Below, in pieces: positions 33,629-42,689 of a DNA stretch of 62,291 bases (position 1 is its first letter; every line of letters begins with the position of its first letter). The stretch is from the IMG/VR virus record IMGVR_UViG_3300036823_000041, positions 1-62,291 of that record, one strand, 5' to 3'. The translations under genes were made by a program, and so were the position numbers. Source of the DNA: a virus. Lineage: Duplodnaviria; Caudoviricetes. Below the pieces are notes generated by a model, which was given only the letters and a program-made list of their open reading frames with translations, did no database searches and was not told where the DNA came from.

Positions 33629-33648
33629 GCTGTACACCGGAGGTACAC
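33622..33648. promoter_or_regulatory. tandem GTAC(AC) half-sites
   Basis: GTAC at 33622 and GTACAC at 33632 and 33643 (10-11 bp period), overlapping the SD of the 33654 gene. Confidence 0.4.
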
Positions 33649-33653
33649 GGCAA

Positions 33654-34190
33654 ATGAAAAAAGACACGCGCGTCGCTCTCACCGCGGCCGGCTCGGTCGC
33701 GGTACTCATCATCGGCGGGATCACCGGCGGCTCGATCGCACTGCATAAGCTCGACGGCGACGACAACCCTGCGGCAAAAATCGTCGTCCGCACCCAGGAC
33801 AACCGGACAATCGAGGTCGACTGCAGCGGCGGCTGCTACACGCATCGCAGCGAAGACGAGTTCGTTGTCATCCCGTGGAAGGTGCAGATCGAGCCAGGCG
33901 AGACGGCGCTCGAACTGCAACGCGCGATCGACGCCCAGGCCTGCGCTTACGCCCGCGGCTGCGCCGTGAGCCCGATCGACTACCGCCAGCAGATCAACCT
34001 TGAGCCAAGCGCAGATGCCGAAATAGGCGGCAACCAGTACCTCGGCGGCATTGAGGCTGATACGGTCAGAGGCGACATGAGTCCTGGCGTTGCACTCGAC
34101 CCGCGCCAGGAGCTCGAGACGCCTGAGTTCACGCCGGCGCCGCACACGGAGCCATGCTCGTTTAACCCGAAATACACTTGCGTCAAGTAA
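33654..34190 (+). CDS. membrane-anchored/exported hypothetical protein
   Basis: N-terminal hydrophobic segment and paired cysteines. Confidence 0.6.
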   Translation: MKKDTRVALTAAGSVAVLIIGGITGGSIALHKLDGDDNPAAKIVVRTQDNRTIEVDCSGGCYTHRSEDEFVVIPWKVQIEPGETALELQRAIDAQACAYARGCAVSPIDYRQQINLEPSADAEIGGNQYLGGIEADTVRGDMSPGVALDPRQELETPEFTPAPHTEPCSFNPKYTCVK

Positions 34191-34207
34191 CAACCGGAGG
34201 CACCACA

Positions 34208-34723
34208 ATGCGAAAGAACGGCAAACCAGAACCACCCCGCACGATCGACGCCAACGGCACCAACCTCTCCCTCTCCATGATGGACCGCGCACTCAACGGC
34301 CTTGGCTGGCACGAGGACACCCGCGTCTATGTATCGACCGAACGCTGGCCGCAGCTAGTGGCGCTTTATGGCGGCTATATCCTCGAGCGCATTCGCAAGC
34401 AGCCGGAGCTCGCGCCCTACTCCCTCGTCGTCTGCCGCGGCTACAGCCCGAAAGACCCGATCGACATGCCGCCCGTGGAGAAGATCGAGTGCATCGTGTC
34501 GAATATCGGCAACCTCGCCAGCGAAGACCCGCGCACGCACGAGTCGGCCGAGCCGGATGCGCGAAAAGTTACAGATGTTACAGAAGACTCGCTCGGTCCG
34601 GTCGGGCCAGACATCTCGATCGACGGAGTGAAGGTCGTCGTCAACCGCATGCTCGATACCGCGACGATTCAGGTATCGGCCGACGTGTGGGAGAGGATGG
34701 TAAAACGTGGCGCAGCTTGTTGA
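34208..34723 (+). CDS. hypothetical protein
   Basis: GGAGGCACC SD before ATG 34208. Confidence 0.65.
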   Translation: MRKNGKPEPPRTIDANGTNLSLSMMDRALNGLGWHEDTRVYVSTERWPQLVALYGGYILERIRKQPELAPYSLVVCRGYSPKDPIDMPPVEKIECIVSNIGNLASEDPRTHESAEPDARKVTDVTEDSLGPVGPDISIDGVKVVVNRMLDTATIQVSADVWERMVKRGAAC

Positions 34724-35012
34724 CACGACGACCGACCTGCAAAAGCGATACCTGCAGATGCTCAGAATATGCGGATGGGAGCAGGCGCGCGACCTCGATG
34801 TGCGCGTTGCTCCAACCGTGCCGCTCGACGTGGCGTTCCGGGCCGTGGAGCTGATGGAGCAGGATCTCTGGCGACGCGTCGAAGCCGCCCAGGCATATGC
34901 GATGGATCTCATAAAGCTGTCTCCCGTGCCTCCGATCGTCGTGCCTCGCGGCTCGATCGACCTCGGCCTGTTTCCCAACGAGGCGGCGAAGATCACGGAG
35001 AAGCCGGAATGA
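34707..35012 (+). CDS. hypothetical protein
   Basis: 101 aa, in-operon overlap. Confidence 0.55.
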   Translation: MAQLVDTTTDLQKRYLQMLRICGWEQARDLDVRVAPTVPLDVAFRAVELMEQDLWRRVEAAQAYAMDLIKLSPVPPIVVPRGSIDLGLFPNEAAKITEKPE

Positions 35013-35257
35013 ATCGCCCGTACACCCTGCCGAAGAACGCAAACCCGAAGGAGCTCGACGTGCGGCACGAGACGGCGCGGCGGGCTCTGCTCAAAGAGGC
35101 CGGCGACCTGGTCATCTTCGCGGCGCGCACTCTCGATCTCGACCTGAACGTCTACGCCCGGAAGACGATGCGGCTGCACATCGCCGAGCTTCAGCGGGCG
35201 CTCGATCGCTTTGAGTTCCTCGAGTCGGCCGTAAACGACAAAAGCAAGGTATCTTAG
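35009..35257 (+). CDS. hypothetical helical protein
   Basis: GGAG SD, ATGA overlap. Confidence 0.55.
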   Translation: MNRPYTLPKNANPKELDVRHETARRALLKEAGDLVIFAARTLDLDLNVYARKTMRLHIAELQRALDRFEFLESAVNDKSKVS

Positions 35258-35274
35258 GTACACCGACCGTGTAC
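35258..35274. promoter_or_regulatory. operator GTACAC-N5-GTGTAC
   Basis: GTACACCGACCGTGTAC, intergenic. Confidence 0.7.
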
Positions 35275-35342
35275 GGATCGCTTAGGCGGGCTCCTAGCGC
35301 GTCGTTTTGGAGGCATTTCAGGCTATGTGGTGCAACTACAGC

Positions 35343-35573
35343 ATGGAAGCGAAGCTGCGCAACGGGACGACGATCAGCGTCGGACCGAGCACACAGCTTA
35401 CCGCGCCACGCGGCGAGTTCCTCGAGATCGAGATCCAGATTCCGCGCAGGCTGCTCTCTCTCGACCAGGGCGAATATGCCGAGGCTGTAAAGGCTGCACT
35501 GCTCGCCTTCGCCGCGGGCATCGACGCGGCGCAGCCGAAGAGGCGAAAGAAGGCGCTCCGTGCCGGCGTATAG
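35343..35573 (+). CDS. hypothetical protein (start uncertain)
   Basis: Protein-like ORF leading into the ASCH gene. Confidence 0.5.
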   Translation: MEAKLRNGTTISVGPSTQLTAPRGEFLEIEIQIPRRLLSLDQGEYAEAVKAALLAFAAGIDAAQPKRRKKALRAGV

Positions 35574-35913
35574 CTTTAAGCCGCGATTCCGCACGCCCAT
35601 CCTGGCCGGCGAGAAGAGGCAGACCATCCGGGCGAAACGAGCTCGAGCGACCAAGGTCGGCGATACCCTGCATCTGTTCTGCGGGATGCGGACCAAACGC
35701 TGCGAGAAGCTCGGCACCGCGGTCTGCACCAGGGTCGAAGACATCGCGATTTATGAATGGTCGGTCCGCATCGACGGCCGCATCCTCTTCGTGATCGAGT
35801 GCGAGCGCCTGGCGCGGCGCGACGGGTTCAAAACCTTTGCGCAGATGATGGAGTTTTGGAAAGGGCGCCTGCCATTCCGCGGCGACATCATCCACTGGAA
35901 AGAGCTGCTATGA
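35560..35913 (+). CDS. ASCH/PUA-like domain protein
   Basis: SFKPRF...ILAGEKRQTIR...GDTLHLF...LARRDGF. Confidence 0.8.
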   Translation: MPAYSFKPRFRTPILAGEKRQTIRAKRARATKVGDTLHLFCGMRTKRCEKLGTAVCTRVEDIAIYEWSVRIDGRILFVIECERLARRDGFKTFAQMMEFWKGRLPFRGDIIHWKELL

Positions 35914-36149
35914 GCTGCGCTTACTGCCATCACGTCGAAAAGAAGCATTGTAAGGGCGAGGTCCGCCACCAGAATTACAAAGATGCGATGCGCCAGGTGC
36001 CGAACTCGCGCACCACCATCTGTCACACTCGGCACTGCGAGGAGCCGCTTTGCGACTGCCTCGGCTATGTCGAGGCCGCGATCGTTGCGCCGGCGGCGGC
36101 GACTGCTACGACCGTGCCAGCACCGAAGCCGGGCATCTTCGATTTTTGA
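35910..36149 (+). CDS. Cys/His-rich small protein
   Basis: CAYCHH...HC...HCEEPLCDC, ATGA overlap. Confidence 0.55.
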   Translation: MSCAYCHHVEKKHCKGEVRHQNYKDAMRQVPNSRTTICHTRHCEEPLCDCLGYVEAAIVAPAAATATTVPAPKPGIFDF

Positions 36150-36159
36150 AAGGAACGCG

Positions 36160-37320
36160 ATGGGCTATCAGATTCTCGAGGGCGATGTAATCGACCGGCT
36201 GCGCGAGATGCCGGCAGAGAGCGTGCATTGCGTCGTGACCTCGCCGCCCTATTGGGGACTGCGCGACTATGGCGTCGCCGGGCAGATCGGGCTCGAGCCG
36301 ACGCCCGATGCATTCGTCGCGCGACTCGTCGACGTTTTCCGCGAAGTGCGCCGGGTGCTGCGCAACGATGGCACTCTCTGGATGAATCTTGGTGACAGCT
36401 ACGCAACCGGAACGACCGCAGACAGAGCGGCGACTGCCACCGGCCAACACGGCTACTGGGAAAACCCTGCTGTCAATAAGCGAATCAACGGGCGCGAGGC
36501 AGGCCTCAAGCCGAAAGACATGGTCGGCATCCCCTGGCGCGTGGCGTTCGCGCTCCAGGCCGACGGCTGGTACTTGCGGCAAGACATCATCTGGGCCAAA
36601 CCGAATCCGATGCCGGAAAGCGTAACCGACCGCTGCACCAAAGCGCACGAGTATCTCTTCCTGCTATCCAAGAGCGAGCGCTATTTCTTCGACCAGGACG
36701 CGATCAAAGAGCGCGTGAGCGGGACGGCACACGCCCGCGGTACAGGCGTCAATCCGAAGGCGAAGGCAGTCTCCGGCTGGATGAACGGCGCGGGCTCGCA
36801 TAGCGCGCCGGATCATAATCAGGATCAGGTGCACCCGAAGACCTTTGAGCGCATCGGCAAAGAGGGACCAAATTCACGCATGCACCAGGACCGCGATCCG
36901 GCGCACCCGACCGCCAGAAAGCCGCGCAACAAGCAAAACGAATCATTCAGCGCCGCCATCTCCGGCAACCAACTCGAGTACCGCAACAAGCGCGACGTGT
37001 GGGAGATAGCGACCGAGGCTTTCCCCGAGGCACACTTCGCGACGTTCCCGACCGAGCTCGTAAAGCCCTGCATCCTGGCCGGATCTCCGGTCGGCGGTAC
37101 GGTGCTCGACCCGTTCTCGGGCTCTGGCACGACCGGAATTGTGGCCCTGCGGCATCACCGCGCGTATATTGGCGTCGAGTTAAATCCAGAATATGCAGAG
37201 ATGAGCAGGAGACGGATCGGCGGCGATGCGCCATTATTTAATTGCGAGTCTCAACCTGAACCGGAGGCACCGACCAATGCGCAGGAAACTCTTATCGCTT
37301 CTAGCCCTCTCGATTTTTAG
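36160..37320 (+). CDS. orphan DNA amino-methyltransferase (N4-C/N6-A, beta class)
   Basis: VVTSPPY catalytic motif precedes the VLDPFSGSGTT SAM motif; AHFATFP. Confidence 0.92.
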   Translation: MGYQILEGDVIDRLREMPAESVHCVVTSPPYWGLRDYGVAGQIGLEPTPDAFVARLVDVFREVRRVLRNDGTLWMNLGDSYATGTTADRAATATGQHGYWENPAVNKRINGREAGLKPKDMVGIPWRVAFALQADGWYLRQDIIWAKPNPMPESVTDRCTKAHEYLFLLSKSERYFFDQDAIKERVSGTAHARGTGVNPKAKAVSGWMNGAGSHSAPDHNQDQVHPKTFERIGKEGPNSRMHQDRDPAHPTARKPRNKQNESFSAAISGNQLEYRNKRDVWEIATEAFPEAHFATFPTELVKPCILAGSPVGGTVLDPFSGSGTTGIVALRHHRAYIGVELNPEYAEMSRRRIGGDAPLFNCESQPEPEAPTNAQETLIASSPLDF

Positions 37321-37720
37321 CCTGACCGCCCATGCCGCAACCGCAGCGCCGTCGACCGCGGTCAATTGGACATGGCTCGCGCCGGTGAATCCGTACCCGC
37401 CGTGCACGACAACCGTCAAGGTCGCGTGCAATGACTACTACGTGCCGGCCGATGTGACGCCTGGGGGCGCGTTCACGATCTCGGACCATATCGCCGTCAC
37501 CGCGACCAGCTACACCGAGAAGCTGCCCGCGGGCAACGCCTACACCACCCGGCAATTCACACTCACCCTGATGTACAAGGACGTGAGCGGCGCCGAGCAG
37601 ACTGGCCCGGTGGCGACCTGCGGATCTAGCAATACGCCGCCGCCCTGCACCGTCTCGAGCATCATCCCCAACCCGCCGCCGAACGTGACCGGGCTCACCG
37701 GCACACCCGTCTCGCAGTAG
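37277..37720 (+). CDS. secreted beta-rich protein
   Basis: GGAGGCACC SD, signal peptide MRRKLLSLLALSIFSLTAHA, four Cys. Confidence 0.7.
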   Translation: MRRKLLSLLALSIFSLTAHAATAAPSTAVNWTWLAPVNPYPPCTTTVKVACNDYYVPADVTPGGAFTISDHIAVTATSYTEKLPAGNAYTTRQFTLTLMYKDVSGAEQTGPVATCGSSNTPPPCTVSSIIPNPPPNVTGLTGTPVSQ

Positions 37721-37740
37721 AAACCAGAGGAGGCACCACA

Positions 37741-37947
37741 ATGCAGGCTTACCAGCAGAGAGTCGTCGACGAGAAGAAAGACCTCGACCACAAGCTCGAG
37801 AAACTCGACGCATTTCTCACGACCGCGCAATCGGGCGGCCTGTTCGATAGCCTCCCGCAAGAGGACAAGACGCTGCTCCAGCACCAAGGGGTAGCGATGC
37901 GGGAATACAGCCAGATCCTTAAAAAACGCATCGCGCGTTTCCAATGA
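37741..37947 (+). CDS. small helical-hairpin phage protein (crAss001_48-like)
   Basis: YQQRVVDEKKDLDHKLEKLDAF...QGVAMREYSQILKKRI. Family recalled from the motif. Confidence 0.7.
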   Translation: MQAYQQRVVDEKKDLDHKLEKLDAFLTTAQSGGLFDSLPQEDKTLLQHQGVAMREYSQILKKRIARFQ

Positions 37948-38375
37948 CACGGCCGACCAAGACACCCGAGGGGATGACGGCGCTGCTTTGCCTGGGCGCC
38001 GTCCTCATCGCGACCATCCTCTGCTGCCTCGGCGGATGCGGCTCTACTAGCTCGCCGCCGCCGGTGATCGTCCCGCCCCCGCCCGCGCTCACCTACATCG
38101 GCATCGACTTCTCCTGGCCGAAGCCGGCGCTCACCCTGCCGGCCTGCAACCACGAAACAGATGCCGCGGGATTCCCATGCCAGCAATACGCGCTCATCGA
38201 CCAGGCCACGGGCAAGGTGATAGCCAACCCGCCTTTGACGGCAACGACCTATCGGCTTACCCCGGCGCCGGCAGCCTGGCCGCACAGCTACGCGATGGTG
38301 GTGCAGAACTTCGACCAAAATGGCACAATGACGCAGTCGGCGGTGCCGGATCTCGTCACCGTGACGGTAAAGTAG
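37944..38375 (+). CDS. putative lipoprotein
   Basis: Hydrophobic N-terminus, LGGC lipobox-like motif, Ser/Pro linker. Confidence 0.6.
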   Translation: MTRPTKTPEGMTALLCLGAVLIATILCCLGGCGSTSSPPPVIVPPPPALTYIGIDFSWPKPALTLPACNHETDAAGFPCQQYALIDQATGKVIANPPLTATTYRLTPAPAAWPHSYAMVVQNFDQNGTMTQSAVPDLVTVTVK

Positions 38376-38393
38376 CAAACGGAGGCACGACCG

Positions 38394-38744
38394 ATGGAAC
38401 GCAGAAGCGCAATCGTCGCTTTGCTTGGCTTTATGTATGCCGCGCTGGTGCCGCTCAAGGCGCAGCAGGAGTCGGCCGGTCGTATCCTCGCGGCCGACAA
38501 GGGCCACGAGATCGCAGACAGTCCGGTCGAGCTGCTACCGGCGCAGTCGTTTATCTTCATGCTCGACAGCATCCGAGACTTTCGCCTGGAGCGCACTGTC
38601 GACGGAAAACAGCAGGAAGTTGTACTCTCGATCGACGAAATTTGGCAGGCACTCAAGGAGAAACCCGATGAGAAATTCGAATGTAGTCATTGCGGCACTG
38701 GTGAGTCTCGGGATGACGTTCCCCCTGCTCGCCCAAACCTGTAA
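38394..38744 (+). CDS. exported hypothetical protein
   Basis: MERRSAIVALLGFMYAALVPLKA-Q signal-like start; GGAGGCAC SD. Confidence 0.55.
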   Translation: MERRSAIVALLGFMYAALVPLKAQQESAGRILAADKGHEIADSPVELLPAQSFIFMLDSIRDFRLERTVDGKQQEVVLSIDEIWQALKEKPDEKFECSHCGTGESRDDVPPARPNL

Positions 38745-39000
38745 GCCAGGCGCACACCCGGAAGGAACGCCGGCGAAATGCGTCGCCGACCATCCTCCGG
38801 TCGAACCCATGTTTCGCCAGTCTGCGGCCGGGGGTTGGGATATGTATTGCCCGGCAAATACCGAAGTGACCAGGACCACGCCGAAGCCGGTCTGCATCCT
38901 GGGCGCGAAGACCATCGACCGCAAGCCGAACTCGATGGAGCTCATCTGTCGCTCGATCGGCGCGCAGCCGAAGCTGCCCACCTGTGCGGTCACAAAATGA
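38668..39000 (+). CDS. secreted Cys-rich protein
   Basis: AAGGAG SD, signal ending PLLA-Q, six Cys. Confidence 0.6.
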   Translation: MRNSNVVIAALVSLGMTFPLLAQTCKPGAHPEGTPAKCVADHPPVEPMFRQSAAGGWDMYCPANTEVTRTTPKPVCILGAKTIDRKPNSMELICRSIGAQPKLPTCAVTK

Positions 39001-39167
39001 AGGCGCAGGGCCATCGCAAGCGGCTGCGGCTGCTCGAGGATCTCGACAAGGCAATGAACGACGGCGGGCAATGGCTACCGATGGCAACCGGGCGCGAGGA
39101 TCTGCGCTTGCGACTCAAGAAAGCCATCGAAAAAGAGCGCCGCGCCTGTAACAAAAACGGCGTCTAA
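38997..39167 (+). CDS. small basic hypothetical protein
   Basis: ATGA overlap, 56 aa. Confidence 0.45.
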   Translation: MKAQGHRKRLRLLEDLDKAMNDGGQWLPMATGREDLRLRLKKAIEKERRACNKNGV

Positions 39168-39190
39168 TTGCCCTGAGAGGATTCCCCGAC

Positions 39191-39634
39191 ATGGACCAGC
39201 GCGAAAAGCAGCACCAGGAGCAGATGCTCCAAGAGTTTCATAGCCTTGAGCTCTCACCCCTGGGCCGCCTGTTTTACGAGATGGTCCGCAACCAGTTCCG
39301 CATCATCAACCGGCTCGACGTCGTGATCGAGCAGAATGAGAAGATTATGGCAACCCAGGCAGACCTCGACGCGGCCCTTCAGGGTGAAGGCACCGACCTC
39401 GCAAGCGCAACCGCAGCATTGACCGCACTCGAAGCAAAGCTCTCGAGCATCACCCCCGGACAGCCGGCACCTGATCTGTCGTCCGAGATCGCAACCATCG
39501 GCACTTTCCGCTCGGCACTGCAGACGATGGCAGCCAACCTCGGCACCGATGCTTCGAACCTCGGCAGCTCGGGCGGGACGGACACCGGAAGCGCACCGCA
39601 GGCCTCGGCCAGCGCGGCACGCAAGGCGGTCTAA
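39191..39634 (+). CDS. coiled-coil hypothetical protein
   Basis: 147 aa, GAGG SD, followed by a terminator. Confidence 0.65.
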   Translation: MDQREKQHQEQMLQEFHSLELSPLGRLFYEMVRNQFRIINRLDVVIEQNEKIMATQADLDAALQGEGTDLASATAALTALEAKLSSITPGQPAPDLSSEIATIGTFRSALQTMAANLGTDASNLGSSGGTDTGSAPQASASAARKAV

Positions 39635-39660
39635 AGCATTCATCCGCGGTAGTGCAGACG

Positions 39661-39689
39661 GGGTCGGCGAAAGCCGGCCCTTTCTGTTT
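39661..39689 (+). terminator. intrinsic terminator
   Basis: GGGTCGGC-GAAA-GCCGGCCC-TTTCTGTTT. Confidence 0.8.
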
Positions 39690-39717
39690 GCCCTGCCGTA
39701 CACGGTCGGGGTACAGT
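39688..39717 (+). promoter_or_regulatory. promoter TTGCCC-N18-TACAGT containing operator GTACACGGTCGGGGTAC (39698-39714)
   Basis: The reverse complement of this operator differs by one base from the 35258 site. Lies right after a terminator. Confidence 0.65.
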
Positions 39718-39737
39718 GACAGCGGAGGCTTTACCCT

Positions 39738-39968
39738 ATGCGCGCTTACGCATTCATCACTTCCGGCGACAACGAGGAGCTCGAGGCTGCCCGGTCCGTC
39801 GACGACCGGCCCGTTGGCCATCGCCACTCATTCGACTCGGCAATCCCCGGCTCACACGTCTACGAGGGCAAGAAGAGATTCGCTTTCGTTTGCGTCTGCG
39901 GGGCGCTCATGGTCTACAACGCGTACTGCGGCGAAGGCAAGCTAGACCTGTCGCAGGCGAGCGTATGA
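39738..39968 (+). CDS. hypothetical protein
   Basis: GGAGG SD, 76 aa. Confidence 0.6.
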   Translation: MRAYAFITSGDNEELEAARSVDDRPVGHRHSFDSAIPGSHVYEGKKRFAFVCVCGALMVYNAYCGEGKLDLSQASV

Positions 39969-40171
39969 GGCTGCTCAAGCGTAAGTTGGCGGGGCATGTC
40001 CTTCTGCCTTCGGGTCCAGGAGGATGGTCGTTCTGCTCGTGCGGAGAGAAGACTGGACCTCTGGGAACATTTAAGAAGCAACGCGAATGGCACCAACACT
40101 ATAAGGCCGACATGATCGACAGATCCGTGATTTGCGGAGTGGATGACAGAGGACGCGAGGTGCAACCGTGA
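39965..40171 (+). CDS. small Zn-binding hypothetical protein
   Basis: H...CSCG...WHQH, coupled overlaps. Confidence 0.5.
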   Translation: MRLLKRKLAGHVLLPSGPGGWSFCSCGEKTGPLGTFKKQREWHQHYKADMIDRSVICGVDDRGREVQP

Positions 40172-40650
40172 GCGCGAAGGATGAGGAGCTGGTGATACCC
40201 ACGGACTTGGTGACTCACTATGAAAAGGCACAGAGCCATGTAGAGCACGCAGTGTGGGACGCATGGACTAGCGAATTCGTAATTGAACTCATCGAACGCA
40301 TCGCCCGACTCACCGAGGACCGGAAGGCGCGCCCCGTCTTCAGCGGGGAGAGGATGGTCGCTTCGCTCAACATTGCCGGCAACGCGGTCGACCTGCATTT
40401 CGCGATGGAGATATGCGGCGCCGTCCAGGGCCGCGGCCCGCTCTACCAGTTTGTCTGCGTGGCCTGCCGGACCGAGAGCCCGCGCGGTCGTAACGAGTGG
40501 GCGTCGAAGAATACGTTCCTCGACGATGCCGACGAAGAGACGCGCGAGCGGCTGAATGCGGCGATGGTCGAGGCGAGTGAGCACGCGCGGATGCACGAGC
40601 TGATTGCGGCCTGGGCCGCGAAGATCCTGCAGCCTGGGCCGACCGTATGA
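40168..40650 (+). CDS. hypothetical protein
   Basis: 160 aa, GAGG SD, coupled overlaps. Confidence 0.55.
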   Translation: MSAKDEELVIPTDLVTHYEKAQSHVEHAVWDAWTSEFVIELIERIARLTEDRKARPVFSGERMVASLNIAGNAVDLHFAMEICGAVQGRGPLYQFVCVACRTESPRGRNEWASKNTFLDDADEETRERLNAAMVEASEHARMHELIAAWAAKILQPGPTV

Positions 40651-40946
40651 ACCGCCGCAACTTTCTGAAGTTGGCGAGCGCCGCGTTGGCGTATCGCATC
40701 GTGCCAGTGAAAGCGGCGCCGCTCGTGCGGCCGTTGTCAGTCGACGCTCTAGACCTGCGGAATTGGGGGAGGGTCGAGATCGGGCGCGCGCCGTTTTGGT
40801 ACGAACCCGCGGGCGTTTCGCTGTCCGGCCTGCCGTACTGGCTCGTCATGCCGCCCTGGATCGCCGACACCTACGGCGGGATATCGCGCGTGCCATTAAC
40901 CACTCGAATATCGGACGGCGGCATCGAACGCGGAGGCAAGCCATGA
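40647..40946 (+). CDS. protein with twin-arginine-like N-terminus
   Basis: MNRRNFLKLASAALA. Confidence 0.55.
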   Translation: MNRRNFLKLASAALAYRIVPVKAAPLVRPLSVDALDLRNWGRVEIGRAPFWYEPAGVSLSGLPYWLVMPPWIADTYGGISRVPLTTRISDGGIERGGKP

Positions 40947-41221
40947 GCATGAATCTCTCGAACTCTGCACAGATCGCAATTGCGCTCGAGTCGATGGTGC
41001 TGCCCAACGGCTTCGCCATCTACCGCGACCAGAACGAGCAAAGCGTCTTCCCGTTCATAAAGCCGGACGGTCATCCCGCAGACACTTTCATCATCGTGCT
41101 GCTCGGTCCGACGAAAACCAAGAGGCTCGGCTACGTGCAGCGATGGCTCGACTTCCCTGACAACGTGACAGCGAACGAGCTCGAGAGCTACATTCGCCAG
41201 GTAATCGAGGCGTGGGTATGA
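40943..41221 (+). CDS. hypothetical protein
   Basis: GGAGG SD, ATGA overlap. Confidence 0.6.
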   Translation: MSMNLSNSAQIAIALESMVLPNGFAIYRDQNEQSVFPFIKPDGHPADTFIIVLLGPTKTKRLGYVQRWLDFPDNVTANELESYIRQVIEAWV

Positions 41222-41436
41222 GCGCACAATTCAACCCGGACGCGCCATGCTGCCCGCTCTATCCCGAGCACGTCGGAATCGCGGCCGCGCTGCACGGCTG
41301 GCAGCCCTACCAGATCGACATCTTGATCTATCGCGAAGGCTCACCGCTGGCAGGGCCGCATCAGCGAATGGTTAACCCTGCTTACCTGCGCGGCATGCTT
41401 GCGGATAAGAATTTGCGCCTGGTGAAACTGCCATGA
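41218..41436 (+). CDS. hypothetical protein
   Basis: ATGA overlaps at both ends. Confidence 0.5.
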   Translation: MSAQFNPDAPCCPLYPEHVGIAAALHGWQPYQIDILIYREGSPLAGPHQRMVNPAYLRGMLADKNLRLVKLP

Positions 41437-41621
41437 CCTGCAACTGCATCGCACCGGAATCGCACCACGCGCCCTGCACCAATCCTGCCGGGCCGATAGG
41501 CATCTGCTCGACCTGCGAACTCTGCTGGAACCTGCTCGGCCAGTGCGCGCCGCCAGAAAGGAAGCAAGACGATGAAGACCTACCCCGACCCGACACAAGC
41601 GATGCAACCCGCGGGCTCTGA
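41433..41621 (+). CDS. small Cys-rich hypothetical protein
   Basis: 62 aa, coupled start. Confidence 0.4.
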   Translation: MTCNCIAPESHHAPCTNPAGPIGICSTCELCWNLLGQCAPPERKQDDEDLPRPDTSDATRGL

Positions 41622-42021
41622 CATTTGGGGCGACTCGGCATATAAGCCGCCGGCAATGAGCTATGCCGGCGAGACGAGGCCGTCGCCGTTGCCTTACGAG
41701 GTCGCGCAGGAGAAGGAACGCATCAACGACGACGTGCTAGACGCTGAGGCCTTCCCTACACCGCAGCCCGGTCGGTTCTTCGGTATGCCTGAGATCCGCG
41801 TCGACGAGAGCGTCCCGCCGGGCGCCATCCTGTACGTCGGTCGCGACGAATACGGCAAGCCGAAGATCGTCGGCGCGATCTACAACCTGTGCCGCGAGTG
41901 CGGGAAGTTCGGCTGCGAGCTCGGCGCCGGGCATCCTTCCGACCACTTCGCCAAGTCGATCAACTATCCCGGCAGGTACGTTGTCCTCGACGATACCGGC
42001 TGGGTTTTGAGGGTCGTCTGA
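41572..42021 (+). CDS. hypothetical protein
   Basis: 149 aa, C-terminal CRECGKFGC...H...H. Confidence 0.55.
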   Translation: MKTYPDPTQAMQPAGSDIWGDSAYKPPAMSYAGETRPSPLPYEVAQEKERINDDVLDAEAFPTPQPGRFFGMPEIRVDESVPPGAILYVGRDEYGKPKIVGAIYNLCRECGKFGCELGAGHPSDHFAKSINYPGRYVVLDDTGWVLRVV

Positions 42022-42425
42022 TGCCCGGCAAATCGTTTACGACCGCGTGGCACAACTCGCTGATGCGCTTCGAGCCATCCTTCATCTCGCAGAGCTGCTA
42101 CGCATTCGCGGTCGAGCGCGGCTATGAAGAGGAGTATCACTTCCGGCAGGCGTGGAGCGCGGACTATTACCGCTTTCACGGCTCCGACTTCTACATGCCG
42201 CTCGTGGTTCGCATCTGGATGAAGGTCATCGAGAGGCACGGCATCACGCTCCCGCAGTACATGCCGTATGTGGTCCTGCCGCCCTACACCGGCACGCAGA
42301 TGGTCGACATCATCACCGCGATCGACGAGAGCCGGCGCCAGCGAACGTACTCTCAAGCGCAGATGGAAGGCTTCCTCTCTATGCTGGATCACCGCCGCGC
42401 GATCGAGAACCCAGGCCTCGAATGA
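42021..42425 (+). CDS. hypothetical protein
   Basis: TGATG overlap, GAGGG SD. Confidence 0.55.
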   Translation: MPGKSFTTAWHNSLMRFEPSFISQSCYAFAVERGYEEEYHFRQAWSADYYRFHGSDFYMPLVVRIWMKVIERHGITLPQYMPYVVLPPYTGTQMVDIITAIDESRRQRTYSQAQMEGFLSMLDHRRAIENPGLE

Positions 42426-42518
42426 GGCACCGCCTGCTGATGTCCCGCACAAAACACGAAGAAACCCGGTAGTCTCGCCCCGTAATCCCGTGATAAACAA
42501 GGGAGCGGGAGGCGAGCG

Positions 42519-42689
42519 ATGGCGTATCCGTGGTGGCTACGATTGTGGGACTGGGCATTCTCGAGCCCGATGAAAACGTGCCTGAGATGCGGCGCCCGCA
42601 AATGGCGCGAGACGATGGTGCATTATCCCGGCGTCGGATTCTTCTGCAACGTTGACGAGTACGAGCTCTTTCGATGGATTCATCGGTGA
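42519..42689 (+). CDS. small Trp/Cys-rich protein, 56 aa (MAYPWWLRLWDWAF...)
   Basis: GGGAGG SD; stop overlaps the next GTG. Read from the sequence. Confidence 0.5.
   Translation: MAYPWWLRLWDWAFSSPMKTCLRCGARKWRETMVHYPGVGFFCNVDEYELFRWIHR

Noticed and set aside
36160-37320. Restriction-modification system
   Set aside because: No adjacent restriction endonuclease; orphan methyltransferases are common in phages.
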